This document shows positions 39,345 to 49,970 of a stretch of DNA of 64,000 nt, one piece after another. The position numbers and the translations under genes were made by a program. The stretch comes from a virus (taxonomy: Duplodnaviria; Heunggongvirae; Uroviricota; Caudoviricetes). Positions within the stretch are counted from its first letter, which is position 1; each line of letters starts with the position of its first letter. The notes beneath the pieces were generated by a model, which had not been told where the DNA came from, did no database searches, and saw only the letters and a list, made by a program, of their open reading frames with translations. The stretch is from IMG/VR virus record IMGVR_UViG_3300018080_000111, one strand, 5' to 3'.

Positions 39345-40227
39345 TACAGGTCTGAAATCCCTTCTATATAATAGATTTAAGACTATTTTGGAAGTGGATG
39401 ATTTAGCCCAGAAATATGCTATAGTTCAGGCTCCTCTCGAAGTCGCACAACGTGAGATGGCGGAGCATAGGCAGGAGAACTTCCTAGATTTTATTTCCTT
39501 CTACCGATCCTCTTTCGGTCCAAGTTGGTCAAGGCAGAGAACCCCCCTGGCTCGAAGAGGACTTTGGGTAGATAAGAATACTCACATAAAGGCACAGCCC
39601 ATCGATATCAATTACGATGTCTGGTTCTGGAGTAAGGATGTGGATAAACTTTATGAAGCAATAGAGCATTATATTTTTTGGCAGCAGGACTATCCAAAAA
39701 TATCCCTTACTTATTCAGATACATATGAAATAACTCCAGACCTTCATTTTGGCGATATCGTCGATGAGGGCACATATGGGGAGAAATACACGAAGGGCGT
39801 CATATTTAAGTTTAGAATGCCAATAAAGGTAGATGGTTGGATACTAAAATCCGATTCAGATGTGGGGGTTGTGGAGAAGATTCGGTTAACCGTATACGAT
39901 AAAGATGATTTGGAGAGTGGGGATTATTCCACTATAATTGTGGAGGACTCCTCCCAGGACACAGAATTAGAGCAGGCCTTGAGATTCTTTCGTCGGCATT
40001 TATATAATATATCTTCTATTGATCTGACGGGTAATTATATACTTATTGAGGGAGATTGGGTTAGTGAGTTTACGGTTGATGAGACTGTGAACATTCAGGG
40101 ATCTACCAACAATAATGGTCCATACACGGTTTCAGCAGTAGTCCTTTCTGGCGAATATACTAAATTGACTTTGTCAGAGTCATTAACAAGTACAACGGCA
40201 GATGGTGTGATTTATAGGAAAGATTAA
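39319..40227 (+). CDS. hypothetical neck/tail-terminator-region protein (302 aa)
   Basis: ORF immediately upstream of the sheath cluster. Confidence 0.45.
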   Translation: MASIGKEYDTGLKSLLYNRFKTILEVDDLAQKYAIVQAPLEVAQREMAEHRQENFLDFISFYRSSFGPSWSRQRTPLARRGLWVDKNTHIKAQPIDINYDVWFWSKDVDKLYEAIEHYIFWQQDYPKISLTYSDTYEITPDLHFGDIVDEGTYGEKYTKGVIFKFRMPIKVDGWILKSDSDVGVVEKIRLTVYDKDDLESGDYSTIIVEDSSQDTELEQALRFFRRHLYNISSIDLTGNYILIEGDWVSEFTVDETVNIQGSTNNNGPYTVSAVVLSGEYTKLTLSESLTSTTADGVIYRKD

Positions 40228-40646
40228 TGTTTGATCTCATTCAATCAACTCTGGAAAAACTCATCGAAGGTAGAATAGATGAGGTCTTCGATCTTGGAGA
40301 AGCAGTAGATCTGGTAGGTCTGGCTACTCCTGATCCTCGCCCCCTAACTTCGGAAAAGACCATCTTTGATTGGATAAGAAGAATTGAAAAATGGGGAGAT
40401 CTGGTTTTCTATCATAAGGATCCAGAAAACTTTTGGGGGAAGAAAAAAGTTAATAAAAGGGAATTTATTCGACGCCTTACGGATGAAGAAGTCAATAAAT
40501 TATTTGGACGATGGCAGATAAAAAAGAATTCCCTAACAAAGAAAATGTGGGGATGTACAATTCGAAGGGAGTATGTGAACTTTAAAGGGAAGAAATATAC
40601 AGAAACATTCATAGTGGAAATTCACTTGAAGAAGGATTTCAGATAA
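40227..40646 (+). CDS. hypothetical protein (139 aa)
   Basis: ORF. Confidence 0.45.
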   Translation: MFDLIQSTLEKLIEGRIDEVFDLGEAVDLVGLATPDPRPLTSEKTIFDWIRRIEKWGDLVFYHKDPENFWGKKKVNKREFIRRLTDEEVNKLFGRWQIKKNSLTKKMWGCTIRREYVNFKGKKYTETFIVEIHLKKDFR

Positions 40647-40666
40647 GAAGATGAGGAGAATTTAAT

Positions 40667-42304
40667 ATGTCAATTTACATGTCTCCGGGTGTGTACAGTC
40701 AGGAACTTGATCTTAGTGATATCGTCCCCCGGGTAGCAACAGCCCCTGCGGCAATAGTGGGATATTCGGTAAAGGGGGATGTAAATAATATTCGGTTGAT
40801 AACTAGCGATCAACAGTTTATTGAACAATACGGAGAACCAGATCCATCATCTGGACATTTCTTCCATTATTCGGCCTTAGCATACTTGAAGAAAGGGAAT
40901 GCCCTTTATTGTCTTCGGGTGCATAATGGAGCGCTTTGGGGTGGTGTCAATATTATGAAGAGCACATCTTCGTATAGCAATGCTGCTCTAAGTGCCGGAC
41001 AGGCCACGGACTCCTTTACAGCGGCTTCCGGGTATCTTAATGATACCTTGTTCCAGATTCTGGGTGCAGATCCTGGAGCTTGGGACAACCGGATAGGTAT
41101 TAAGATTCAGAATGTTAAGGATGGATCAGAAACGGTTGCTACCGATCAGTATACTTTTGAAATTGTTGTATACTGGCAAGATGATGATGGAAATTGGTCT
41201 CAAGTTGAGCTCTGGAAGGTATCTAGAAAAACGAAAGTCGATGGGTATGGAAAGCAGCTCAATCTTGAGGATAAGATCAACGGCTACAGCAACTATATTA
41301 TCGTTAAGGACAATACCGCTCTTGCTGATACTGTCGTTCCTAAGGCACAAGCTACCCGGTTAGATCTAGAAGGTGGAGATGACGGTAGTGATATTTCTGC
41401 TTCGGATTTGGTTACGGGTTGGGGTGAGTTTGAAAATCCAGATGATATAGATGTCCGCATCCTTATTAATGGAGGAGAGACCAGCGTCACGGTACAGACG
41501 GAGATAAGGGACGTTGCGGAAGCGAGGGCGGACTGTATTGCCGTTCTGGATATGCCCTACGCCAGCACGAATTCCTCAACTAGTATGCTGACTTTCCGGA
41601 ACACAACCCAGAACTTCAATACAAGCTATGCGGCCTTGTATACTATCTGGCCGCGGATTCATGATGAGTTTAATGATCTTTTGATCCGAGTTCCCCCGTC
41701 CGGATATGTTGCAGCCCAGTATGCCTACAATGATTATGTCCAGAATGTCTGGTTTGCTCCGGCTGGATTCAATCGAGGGGTTCTGGATGGTGTTCTTGAA
41801 TGTACGAAAACGGATGGAAAGCCTCTGTCTCAGGGGGATCGGGATGTCCTTTACCCGGCTCAGATAAATCCTTTGCAGACGTTTAGGGGAGAGGGCCATG
41901 TAATTTGGGGCCAGAAAACTCTACAGAAGAAAACTTCTGCTTTAAGTTCTGTTAATGTCCGAAGGCTCTTAATTGTTATTGAAAAATCGATGGCCATATC
42001 TTTACGGTCCTTTGTGATGGAACCCAACAACGATTTAACCCGGTTTAGAGTAGAAGCCTTGCTGAATGGATATTTAAGCGGATTATCTGCTCAAGGGGCT
42101 TTTCAGACCGAAGCTGGAGATCAAGGATTTCATGTGGTATGTGATACTACGAATAATACTTCAGAAGTTATTGATTCAGGGGAGCTTCGGGTGGATGTAT
42201 TTGTGAAGCCGTCCAGAGCTGCGGAGTATATCCGGCTCAGGACAATAATTACCACCAGTGGCGCAAGTTTTGAAGAACTTTCATCTAAAGGATTGCTTCT
42301 ATAA
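40667..42304 (+). CDS. tail sheath protein
   Basis: N-terminal MSIYMSPGVYSQELDLS, the SPGVY...E.D.S signature of contractile-tail sheath proteins. 545 aa. Confidence 0.8.
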   Translation: MSIYMSPGVYSQELDLSDIVPRVATAPAAIVGYSVKGDVNNIRLITSDQQFIEQYGEPDPSSGHFFHYSALAYLKKGNALYCLRVHNGALWGGVNIMKSTSSYSNAALSAGQATDSFTAASGYLNDTLFQILGADPGAWDNRIGIKIQNVKDGSETVATDQYTFEIVVYWQDDDGNWSQVELWKVSRKTKVDGYGKQLNLEDKINGYSNYIIVKDNTALADTVVPKAQATRLDLEGGDDGSDISASDLVTGWGEFENPDDIDVRILINGGETSVTVQTEIRDVAEARADCIAVLDMPYASTNSSTSMLTFRNTTQNFNTSYAALYTIWPRIHDEFNDLLIRVPPSGYVAAQYAYNDYVQNVWFAPAGFNRGVLDGVLECTKTDGKPLSQGDRDVLYPAQINPLQTFRGEGHVIWGQKTLQKKTSALSSVNVRRLLIVIEKSMAISLRSFVMEPNNDLTRFRVEALLNGYLSGLSAQGAFQTEAGDQGFHVVCDTTNNTSEVIDSGELRVDVFVKPSRAAEYIRLRTIITTSGASFEELSSKGLLL

Positions 42305-42350
42305 GGATTGAAGTGTTTGTACTCAGATGTTTATGGTGATAATTTAAATC

Positions 42351-43661
42351 ATGTTTGGATATTTATTTGAAAAATTATTCTGTTTGTTGGAATCTCCAGT
42401 AGAATCTCCTACGGAGACGCCAAAGAAGCTTCCGACGGAGGAACCCGGGAGGACGGTTCCTGTACCAAGAAGAAAGCGAAAGCATCCATTGGAGCCAGAG
42501 CCAGGAATTTCTCCTGAACCTAAGGGAATTTCTGCGGAGATAAATAAGTTTCTACAGTCCAGAAATCTTGGAATTGAGGAAGCTTTTGATCCTGGAAAAT
42601 ATCCTTCTTTTGTTCATCCGGATAAAGAGAACTGGATTTCTAGTGGGGATGATCAATTGAAGGAAATTCTTCCTAACCTTTCGGATTCAGAGCAGTCGTA
42701 CCTTGAGATGATAGCGAGTAATTCGTATCAGGAGATGTTGGGTAGATTAGAGAAATATACTTCGGTTCAAATTACCCAGGAATCTCTTCCAGGATTAGTT
42801 GGTTTGCTTCAAAGCACCCTGAGGAAGGTATTAGGTATAGAAGCTGACCGAAAGGACTACCTAGAACAATTGGCTCTATCTTCTGTTTTGGATTTACCGG
42901 AATTTGAGATGGTAAAGGACGCCTATGAAAATGGCCTTGTTGATTTTGATGTAAAATTAGATCAACCTGAGCTTAATTGGGATGTGGATATTGAGAAGGA
43001 AGAGGACCTTTCGGGAGAAGAAACTTTAAATTTGGAATTAGCAAAAGAGTTTGAGGAGGTTAGAACAGAAGAGGAACTTCGAAGAAGAATGGCAAATCTT
43101 CTAATTCAGGGATCAAGTGTTCTTAAATTGTATCTTTTTAATCTGGTTAATCCAGAATTGAAAGAAATTGATTCGAATCTTCCTAATATGTATGGAATAC
43201 TTGGAGCTCTTGCTCAATTGGGTTACTGGATAACCCCTGATGGGATAGAACAATCAGCTCGAGGAGAGGGTGAGGCAGGATCTGCCCAGGTAGTTCCCCA
43301 AGGGGACACTTACACTATAAAAGTTAGAGCAATCACTTTTCCATATCTAGTTCATGAATTAACAAAGGGAATATATGAATGGGTTTCTTTGGATCCAGAA
43401 CTTCGTAGAGTGATGAAGAAGGAGACTCCTGAAAGTGAAACAAAGGATATAATGATCGGATCAGAATTATTTAAGATCATTTCGTCCTATTTGGGGAAGG
43501 GAAAAGAATCTCTTCTACCCTTGGTTCATAAGAAGTTCCTGGGATTAAATAAAATGGAAAAGAGAGATATTTTATCTAAGAACTCTTCTGGGAAGGATAT
43601 AATGGATGATTTAATAGGAGAAGCTGAGGAGGAGTGGAAAGAGTATTTTAGGAACGAATAA
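42351..43661 (+). CDS. hypothetical protein (436 aa)
   Basis: ORF. Confidence 0.45.
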   Translation: MFGYLFEKLFCLLESPVESPTETPKKLPTEEPGRTVPVPRRKRKHPLEPEPGISPEPKGISAEINKFLQSRNLGIEEAFDPGKYPSFVHPDKENWISSGDDQLKEILPNLSDSEQSYLEMIASNSYQEMLGRLEKYTSVQITQESLPGLVGLLQSTLRKVLGIEADRKDYLEQLALSSVLDLPEFEMVKDAYENGLVDFDVKLDQPELNWDVDIEKEEDLSGEETLNLELAKEFEEVRTEEELRRRMANLLIQGSSVLKLYLFNLVNPELKEIDSNLPNMYGILGALAQLGYWITPDGIEQSARGEGEAGSAQVVPQGDTYTIKVRAITFPYLVHELTKGIYEWVSLDPELRRVMKKETPESETKDIMIGSELFKIISSYLGKGKESLLPLVHKKFLGLNKMEKRDILSKNSSGKDIMDDLIGEAEEEWKEYFRNE

Positions 43662-44164
43662 TGTTCAACGAACTATACGAAAACATTCTTACTGAGATCA
43701 GTAAATCTGAATTTGAGGACCTATTCCAGCCTATCTCTCAGGAGGAACTGGAATCCAGACTAATGGACTACATCAAGTCCGTCTGTACTGAAAATCCAGA
43801 TGGCACTTGGAGTGCCAGTGGAGATGTAGATGTAGATCTATATGGTAGAGGCCTAACTAAGTTACCCATCAAATTCAAGGAAGTAGGCGGACACTTTGAT
43901 TGTTCCAACAACTCTCTAACTTCTCTAGAAGGAGCACCTCAGAAAGTAGGTGGTTTCTTTATTTGTTCCCACAACTCCCTAACTTCTCTAGAAGGAGCCC
44001 CTCAGACAGTGGGTGGATCCTTTTATTGTTCCAACAACTCTCTAACTTCTCTAGAAGGAGCCCCTCAGACAGTAGGTGGTTTCTTTATTTGTTCCCGGAA
44101 CAAACTTTCAGTTGAAGAGCTAAAGAAAACAATTGATAGACCTTATTTGGATAGAATAGGATAG
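43661..44164 (+). CDS. leucine-rich-repeat protein, paralog 2
   Basis: Same N-terminal domain and 20-aa repeats as 29101. Confidence 0.6.
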   Translation: MFNELYENILTEISKSEFEDLFQPISQEELESRLMDYIKSVCTENPDGTWSASGDVDVDLYGRGLTKLPIKFKEVGGHFDCSNNSLTSLEGAPQKVGGFFICSHNSLTSLEGAPQTVGGSFYCSNNSLTSLEGAPQTVGGFFICSRNKLSVEELKKTIDRPYLDRIG

Positions 44165-44248
44165 TGGATTAATTTGGAAAGAAGTTAAATAATCCAACAT
44201 AATAAAGTCCAAAATTTGGATTAAAAATCAGAAATTGGAGATTAACTT

Positions 44249-44761
44249 ATGTCAATGAGTGCAGATAATTTAAAACAAGATCTCAGCAATGCCGCACGGT
44301 TATATCTGTGGGATATTGTCCTTTCTAGTTTGCCAGGTGGGGGGGATCGAGATCATCTGGAAGTACGTGCACAAAGCGCGGCGATTCCGGGAAGAAGTTT
44401 TGGCGAGATCCTGGTTCCCTTTAAGGGAACCCCTGGAATAAAACTACCAGGGAAACTTACCATGACACATACCTGGCCGGCAGTTTTTATCGAAGGAACC
44501 GATCAGGCGGTATTCGATGCGATTTACGGATGGAAGCAGCTTATCCAGGATGCCCAAAGTGGTATAGGGTCTCTGGACTTGGACATAAAGACTGATATAT
44601 ACCTGCGTCTTTTGAATCCTATGGATACTGTGGTCAAAAAATTCAAGTTGGTGGGTTGTTACCCCCAGGCGATGGATGATACTCCCGTAGCATATGACGA
44701 TGAAGGAGTTATCATGTATGCTGTCACATTTTCATATGATTATTGGACCGCGGAGGATTAA
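44249..44761 (+). CDS. tail tube protein
   Basis: 170 aa, immediately after the sheath cluster. Similar to the downstream paralog (C-terminal D[DE]GV[LI]M.A.[IV]T[LF]S.D). Confidence 0.65.
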   Translation: MSMSADNLKQDLSNAARLYLWDIVLSSLPGGGDRDHLEVRAQSAAIPGRSFGEILVPFKGTPGIKLPGKLTMTHTWPAVFIEGTDQAVFDAIYGWKQLIQDAQSGIGSLDLDIKTDIYLRLLNPMDTVVKKFKLVGCYPQAMDDTPVAYDDEGVIMYAVTFSYDYWTAED

Positions 44762-45291
44762 TGCCTTTTGGGTTGGATATATCTGGTTTAGGTTTCTTTC
44801 TATCTTCGAAGACTTGGAACCTACAGAGGGCCTACAATTGGTCTCTAATGATGCCCAGTGATTTTTCTGGGGTCTTGGGATATTTGGTCTCTCAATATTG
44901 TCAGGACGTAACCTTTGGAGACTATAGTATTTCCGAGTTGTCCGTGATGAAGTCTGGAGCCTTCCAAAAGTTCTATGCTGGATTACAGACGATAGATACT
45001 GTCACCTTACTCTTTTTGGTCCCTTCCGATAACTCCTTGCGGGAATACTTCTACGGATGGTATGAGAGGATGATCGATAAGGAGGGCTACTACTACCCCA
45101 AATTGAATTATAAGAGGGATGTATATTTGATGTTTTACGATCAAAGTGGCCTTGAAAATGTTCGGTTTTTAATGAAGGGATGTTTTCCGAAGACCCACCT
45201 TGTCGAGCATCCCTCATATACTGATGACGGAGTTCTAATGGCTCAAATTACTTTGAGTATTGATAAAATTGAACCTACTGGGGGGCTTTAA
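44743..45291 (+). CDS. tail tube protein paralog
   Basis: Shares the C-terminal pattern with 44249. Confidence 0.55.
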   Translation: MDRGGLMPFGLDISGLGFFLSSKTWNLQRAYNWSLMMPSDFSGVLGYLVSQYCQDVTFGDYSISELSVMKSGAFQKFYAGLQTIDTVTLLFLVPSDNSLREYFYGWYERMIDKEGYYYPKLNYKRDVYLMFYDQSGLENVRFLMKGCFPKTHLVEHPSYTDDGVLMAQITLSIDKIEPTGGL

Positions 45292-45333
45292 GTTTTGTTC
45301 GATCAACTATTTCAGGAGCTTTAGGATTTTAAC

Positions 45334-46578
45334 ATGTTCAACGAACTATACGAAAACATTCTTACTGAAATCAGTAAATCTGAATTTGAAGACCTTTTCC
45401 AACCCGCTTCAGAGGAGGAACTGGAATCCAGATTAATGGACTACATCAAGTCCGTCTGTACTGAAAATCCAGATGGCACTTGGAGTGCCAGTGGAGATGT
45501 AGATCTATTTGAAAGAGGTCTAACTAAGTTACCCGTTCAGTTTAAGGAAGTAGGTGGTTTCTTTGAGTGTTCCTTCAACTCTCTAACTTCTCTAGAAGGA
45601 GCGCCCCAGGAAGTAGGTGGATCCTTTTATTGTTCCAACAACTTACTAACTTCTCTAGAAGGAGCACCCCAGAAAGTAGGTGGAACCTTTGATTGTTCCT
45701 TCAATTCTCTAACTTCTCTAGAAGGAGCCCCTCAGACAGTAGGTAGAAACTTCGATTGTTCCCACAACTCTCTAACTTCTCTAGAAGGAGCCCCTCAGAC
45801 AGTAGGTGGTTTCTTTATTTGTTCCCACAACTCCCTAACTTCTCTAGAAGGAGCCCCTCAGACAGTAGGTGGAACCTTTTGGTGTTCTGACAACAAAAAA
45901 CTTTCAGTTGAAGAGCTAAAGAAAACAATTGATAGACCTTATTTGGATAGAATAAAAGAATCCACCCTAAAAGAAGGAAAGAAGGAGGATCTCCATAAGC
46001 AATTTGTGGAAACAAATAAAGTTCCAGAAAAGGTATTTCACGATTTAGTTAAGTCTGATCGAACCGGAAAACAGAAGTATCTTTCTTGGATGTTGAAACA
46101 GTATGTTCTTAATCCAAGAAGACATACTCATATAAAAGACGTGGTCGAGTTATTTCATAAATTGGTCTCTAAAGGAAAAATCAGAGGATCTGATTCAGAT
46201 ATCTTTCTGTATGATTTAGAATCTTTAGATCAAAAGATTTCTGAAATTCCGGAAGAGAAAAGTAAAAGTGAAATCAAAAGAGAAAAAAAATCTGAATCGG
46301 AAAAAATTAAAGAAACAGATAGATACTTAATTGTTGTTCCCAAAAACCATGAAGCTTCCTGCTTCTACGGGTCAAATACTAAATGGTGTATCTCATCAAG
46401 AACCTCAGAGTATTGGGATAGGTATTGGAATATGGGATCCATTATCTACATCGTCATAGATAAGAAGGAAAACAAGAAGTATGCTGTGGCGACCTATCCG
46501 GATGGAACAAGGGAGGTTTATAATGAGAAGGACGAAACAATTCCCTTTAGTTCTTTGGTTAAAAAATTAGGAATGTAG
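45334..46578 (+). CDS. leucine-rich-repeat protein, paralog 3, fused to a C-terminal 200-aa domain
   Basis: Same N-terminus and repeats, with a C-terminal extension (..CFYGSNTKWCISSRTSEYWDRYWNMG..). Confidence 0.6.
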   Translation: MFNELYENILTEISKSEFEDLFQPASEEELESRLMDYIKSVCTENPDGTWSASGDVDLFERGLTKLPVQFKEVGGFFECSFNSLTSLEGAPQEVGGSFYCSNNLLTSLEGAPQKVGGTFDCSFNSLTSLEGAPQTVGRNFDCSHNSLTSLEGAPQTVGGFFICSHNSLTSLEGAPQTVGGTFWCSDNKKLSVEELKKTIDRPYLDRIKESTLKEGKKEDLHKQFVETNKVPEKVFHDLVKSDRTGKQKYLSWMLKQYVLNPRRHTHIKDVVELFHKLVSKGKIRGSDSDIFLYDLESLDQKISEIPEEKSKSEIKREKKSESEKIKETDRYLIVVPKNHEASCFYGSNTKWCISSRTSEYWDRYWNMGSIIYIVIDKKENKKYAVATYPDGTREVYNEKDETIPFSSLVKKLGM

Positions 46579-46602
46579 GTTTATTTTATCAGGAGAAGAA
46601 GA

Positions 46603-47352
46603 ATGGATGATTTTGTACCCATCAATTTACCATCGAAGTGTCTGACTTATTCTAATCAGGATGGTTCAAAAGTAGATCCTGGTTCAGTTTTAGCCAGATC
46701 ATATCAAGGTAGAGATGAACTCTATCTTTCTCAAATCAATCCAATAAACTTAGAGAGAAACTATCTCGAGGTTCTAAAATCCGTCCTACAAGGAGTAGAT
46801 CCTCTTCAATTAACTTTGGGGGATCGTCTGTATTTAATCCTATGGGAATACGTGAACTCCTATGATTGTATGATGACGGTCAAATCTGTCTGTTCTCATT
46901 GCCTTTCAGATATCGAAGTTCAGGTTGATTTGAGAAATCTGGAGACGGTGGATCTTCCGGATAACTATAAACAACCTTATGAGGTTCCTCTTCCGGTTTC
47001 TGGGGAGAAGATACAATTGAGGCTGCTTACTGTTGGAGATGAGGTAGAGGTTGAGCGATACGCAAAAAAGAATAAGAATGATGTGGACCTATACCGCTAT
47101 GCCCGAACGATAGTTGATTCTTCCTTGGATGTGGTCGCTCGGATGAAAAAATTAGCTTCTATGAAAGCCAAGGATTATCTGACAGTAGTTTCTTTTCAGG
47201 ATAGGTTTTTCCACGGTCCAGAAATGAAGACGAAGTTTAAATGTACAGATGATGCTTGTGGGGAGGAGGATATTTTGGATATTCCCTTTCGATCTAGTTT
47301 CTTTGTACCGGAGATCTCCCAGTTTTCGAACTTTGATGGAGAGGGAGTTTAA
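46603..47352 (+). CDS. tail assembly chaperone candidate (gpG/E-like position)
   Basis: Located between tube and tape measure. Overlapped at its 3' end by a +1-frame ORF that ends exactly at the tape-measure start. Confidence 0.45.
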   Translation: MDDFVPINLPSKCLTYSNQDGSKVDPGSVLARSYQGRDELYLSQINPINLERNYLEVLKSVLQGVDPLQLTLGDRLYLILWEYVNSYDCMMTVKSVCSHCLSDIEVQVDLRNLETVDLPDNYKQPYEVPLPVSGEKIQLRLLTVGDEVEVERYAKKNKNDVDLYRYARTIVDSSLDVVARMKKLASMKAKDYLTVVSFQDRFFHGPEMKTKFKCTDDACGEEDILDIPFRSSFFVPEISQFSNFDGEGV

Positions 47353-47479
47353 CTTATTGTATTACCTGCATTTAAGTGTTTCGGATCAAAGAAAAATGGA
47401 TGTTCGGATGCTGGAATGTCATTACAATAGAATATACGAGCAAAAGAAATCCGAGAAGGAAAATAAGGAAAGAAGTTAA
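47249..47479 (+). CDS. +1-frame overlapping ORF (possible GT/E'-like extension, or a small independent gene from ATG 47336)
   Basis: Overlaps 46603..47352 by 104 nt in the +1 frame. SD-like GGAGAGGGAG immediately precedes the UUU-UAA stop context. Confidence 0.35.
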   Translation: MMLVGRRIFWIFPFDLVSLYRRSPSFRTLMEREFNLLYYLHLSVSDQRKMDVRMLECHYNRIYEQKKSEKENKERS

Positions 47480-49053
47480 TGTATCAAAAGCGTAAGTATA
47501 GATATGAAAAAGATGCTTTTGGCAAGAAACACCGAAAGTATTTTTTGGAGAATATCTTTGGGGTAGATGTCTTTGATATGAAGACCTTCCGGGCCTTAAA
47601 GTTGAAACTCTCTCGCGATTATGTGACGTTCTTTCGTTCTTTAGGGGATCTATATAAAAGGGGGGAGTTTAAAAGGATTACTAATGAATCGGTTTTATTG
47701 GCTCTAGAGACAATAAATCTTCTAGAAAATCTGATAGAATCTGGGACTTTTAATAAGAATGATGTAAACCTTTTGGTAGAGAATGTAGATAAGTTGAATT
47801 CCAGAAGAGATATTTTGTTGGAGAAGTCCAACCAGGTTCAAGCTTTGAAAGATCGGATGAATAGGGTTAGAAATGAAACCGGGATCGATCCAAAGAATTT
47901 AAATATTACCCGGGAGATTATCCGAAAAGGAGCCCGAGGAGAGATGAAGAAAAAGAAGGAGGGGGTTTTCCCATTTTTGAAACGAACAGCTCCTCGGACA
48001 GTAGAGACGATTCGGGATGTTTTTGGTGGTGTAGCAACTGGACTTCTTGGTCCTCTTACCCCCTTTGCTGAGATGGGAAAGGATATCTTTGGAGTTGGAA
48101 AAGGTATTTTTCAGAAGTTGGGAGAAAGAAAAGAGGAAAGACTGGGCAGACTCTTGTCACCATTATCCCCTCAGGGATCGGTAGGTGGTGCTTTTGGTGG
48201 GTCTCCTGGGATAATGGCCGGGGGGGCCACATCTTCCGCAAGTAGAAGAGCCGGATCAAATGTTCTTTTAGATTTCTTCAACAGAGGGGCATATAAAGCA
48301 AAGTGGACTAAAGAACTCCTTAAAAGAATGAAGGGTTTTGGGACGGCCAAATCCGGATTTTCATTCGGGGGAATTCTTAGTGGGGTAGTTGAAAAATTTA
48401 AAGATCTTTCTTTATCTTTAGTCCCCTTAATTGGTCCAGCAGGAAAACTTATGCTACTTGCCGGGGCAATTGCTTTCGCCTCGGATAGAATTTATACCCT
48501 TATGGGGAAATTTGAAGAGTGGAGAAAAACTAAAGAGGATGTTGAAAAAGAAATAGAGAAATACAAAAAAATTCAGAAAGAACAAGAAGGAAGACTTCAA
48601 TCAGCCTTGGGGAAGAAATTACAAAAGGGAGCTAAGGGGGATGAGTCTAGTAGGGTAGATGCACTAAAAATGATCCATTCCGTTGAGATGGAAAGGGCAA
48701 AGAAAGTTGAGGAAGAGTCTTTAACGTGGGGGGAAAGATTAGTATCCCCCCTCACCAAACCATTCTATAAAGAACCAAGGAAAACGTTTTGGCCGCAGGC
48801 AGAGGAAAAGAGCCGGGTTTTTCCATCTGTTCCTGAATTTTTCCAGAGGCAGGGAAAGGGAAAACAAGAAATTGAACAAGAACTTTTACGGGCCATAAAA
48901 AAATTAGATGAGACTGCTCTTGGTCTGCATAAGGGGGTCGACAGAATGAATAGGAAACAACAAATGGGAGAACCGGGATTAGGGAATCCGTATGACTCTA
49001 GTGATCCGTGGGTTAATGCTTTGGCTTCATCTGAATTGGAATTAGAGGACTAA
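47479..49053 (+). CDS. tape measure protein candidate
   Basis: 524 aa, in the tape-measure slot of the tail module. Gly-rich hydrophobic core (GGILSGVV..GPAGKLMLLAGAIAFA) and coiled-coil-like charged regions. Confidence 0.55.
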   Translation: MYQKRKYRYEKDAFGKKHRKYFLENIFGVDVFDMKTFRALKLKLSRDYVTFFRSLGDLYKRGEFKRITNESVLLALETINLLENLIESGTFNKNDVNLLVENVDKLNSRRDILLEKSNQVQALKDRMNRVRNETGIDPKNLNITREIIRKGARGEMKKKKEGVFPFLKRTAPRTVETIRDVFGGVATGLLGPLTPFAEMGKDIFGVGKGIFQKLGERKEERLGRLLSPLSPQGSVGGAFGGSPGIMAGGATSSASRRAGSNVLLDFFNRGAYKAKWTKELLKRMKGFGTAKSGFSFGGILSGVVEKFKDLSLSLVPLIGPAGKLMLLAGAIAFASDRIYTLMGKFEEWRKTKEDVEKEIEKYKKIQKEQEGRLQSALGKKLQKGAKGDESSRVDALKMIHSVEMERAKKVEEESLTWGERLVSPLTKPFYKEPRKTFWPQAEEKSRVFPSVPEFFQRQGKGKQEIEQELLRAIKKLDETALGLHKGVDRMNRKQQMGEPGLGNPYDSSDPWVNALASSELELED

Positions 49054-49057
49054 TAAA

Positions 49058-49969
49058 GTGGCAGATAATTTTGTTCCTAGAAATACTGAAAAAAATCCGA
49101 AATGGTACTCAACCAGACTTTCTAATGAGGAAAGGAAAAAGAAACGCCTTCTTCATCGAACTCATAGGTTGTCCTCCGGATTCACCGAATACGGGTATGT
49201 GGTTTCTGATGGGGATAGGGTTCCTCCTGAATATCTTATACGAATAACAAGCTATCGGAACAATTGTACCGTGATCTCACCATTCCAGGAGGATGGAATT
49301 TCCATGACGGTAGAATCTCAATGGGAACCGATTCTACCAACTTCCATTTTGAGAAGAGCTAATATTTTTGTTCAGGCCACAACCCAAAGGTCCGCAATAA
49401 CCAGCTCTACTACCAGGAGGTTGTGGTCGGGAACCACTCCTATGGGTATCTCAATAAAAATGAAATTTGAGGCGGTTAATGATCCATTTGTTGAAGTTGT
49501 TGAACCCTGCAGACTTCTTCAGTTAATGGCTCTTCCATCTAATCCATCTGGAAAAAGTGGTCCGGATGTATCTGGGATTGCTGAAGCTGTTGGAGAACTC
49601 CGTTTCGGGGATGCATATAGTATGACTAAGGAGGCAATTACAAATCTACCCATGTTGCAACCACCAGGACCGTCCCCATTTACCTGGGATAGCCTTTTAT
49701 CGGGGCAAGTCAATTATCCGGATAGAACCAGATCGGATATAGATAATGCTAGAAAAGGTGGAGATTTTATCATCTTGGAGTTAGGAACCTTCTTGACTTT
49801 CTGGAATGTGATTGTCCGGGAAGATCTGGTTAACTTCAAGACAAAATTTGGTCCGGATGGTTTGCCCATTTCGGCCGAAGCAGAAATTCGTTTTGAAACC
49901 TATGAGATGCCGACGAAGGAAAGTTTGGATCATTCCTATACTCAGATAGAAACACCTTCAGGAGGGTAA
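49058..49969 (+). CDS. tail protein (P2 gpU-like or DNA-circularisation-like position)
   Basis: Position after the tape measure, 303 aa. Confidence 0.4.
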   Translation: MADNFVPRNTEKNPKWYSTRLSNEERKKKRLLHRTHRLSSGFTEYGYVVSDGDRVPPEYLIRITSYRNNCTVISPFQEDGISMTVESQWEPILPTSILRRANIFVQATTQRSAITSSTTRRLWSGTTPMGISIKMKFEAVNDPFVEVVEPCRLLQLMALPSNPSGKSGPDVSGIAEAVGELRFGDAYSMTKEAITNLPMLQPPGPSPFTWDSLLSGQVNYPDRTRSDIDNARKGGDFIILELGTFLTFWNVIVREDLVNFKTKFGPDGLPISAEAEIRFETYEMPTKESLDHSYTQIETPSGG

Positions 49970-49970
49970 G

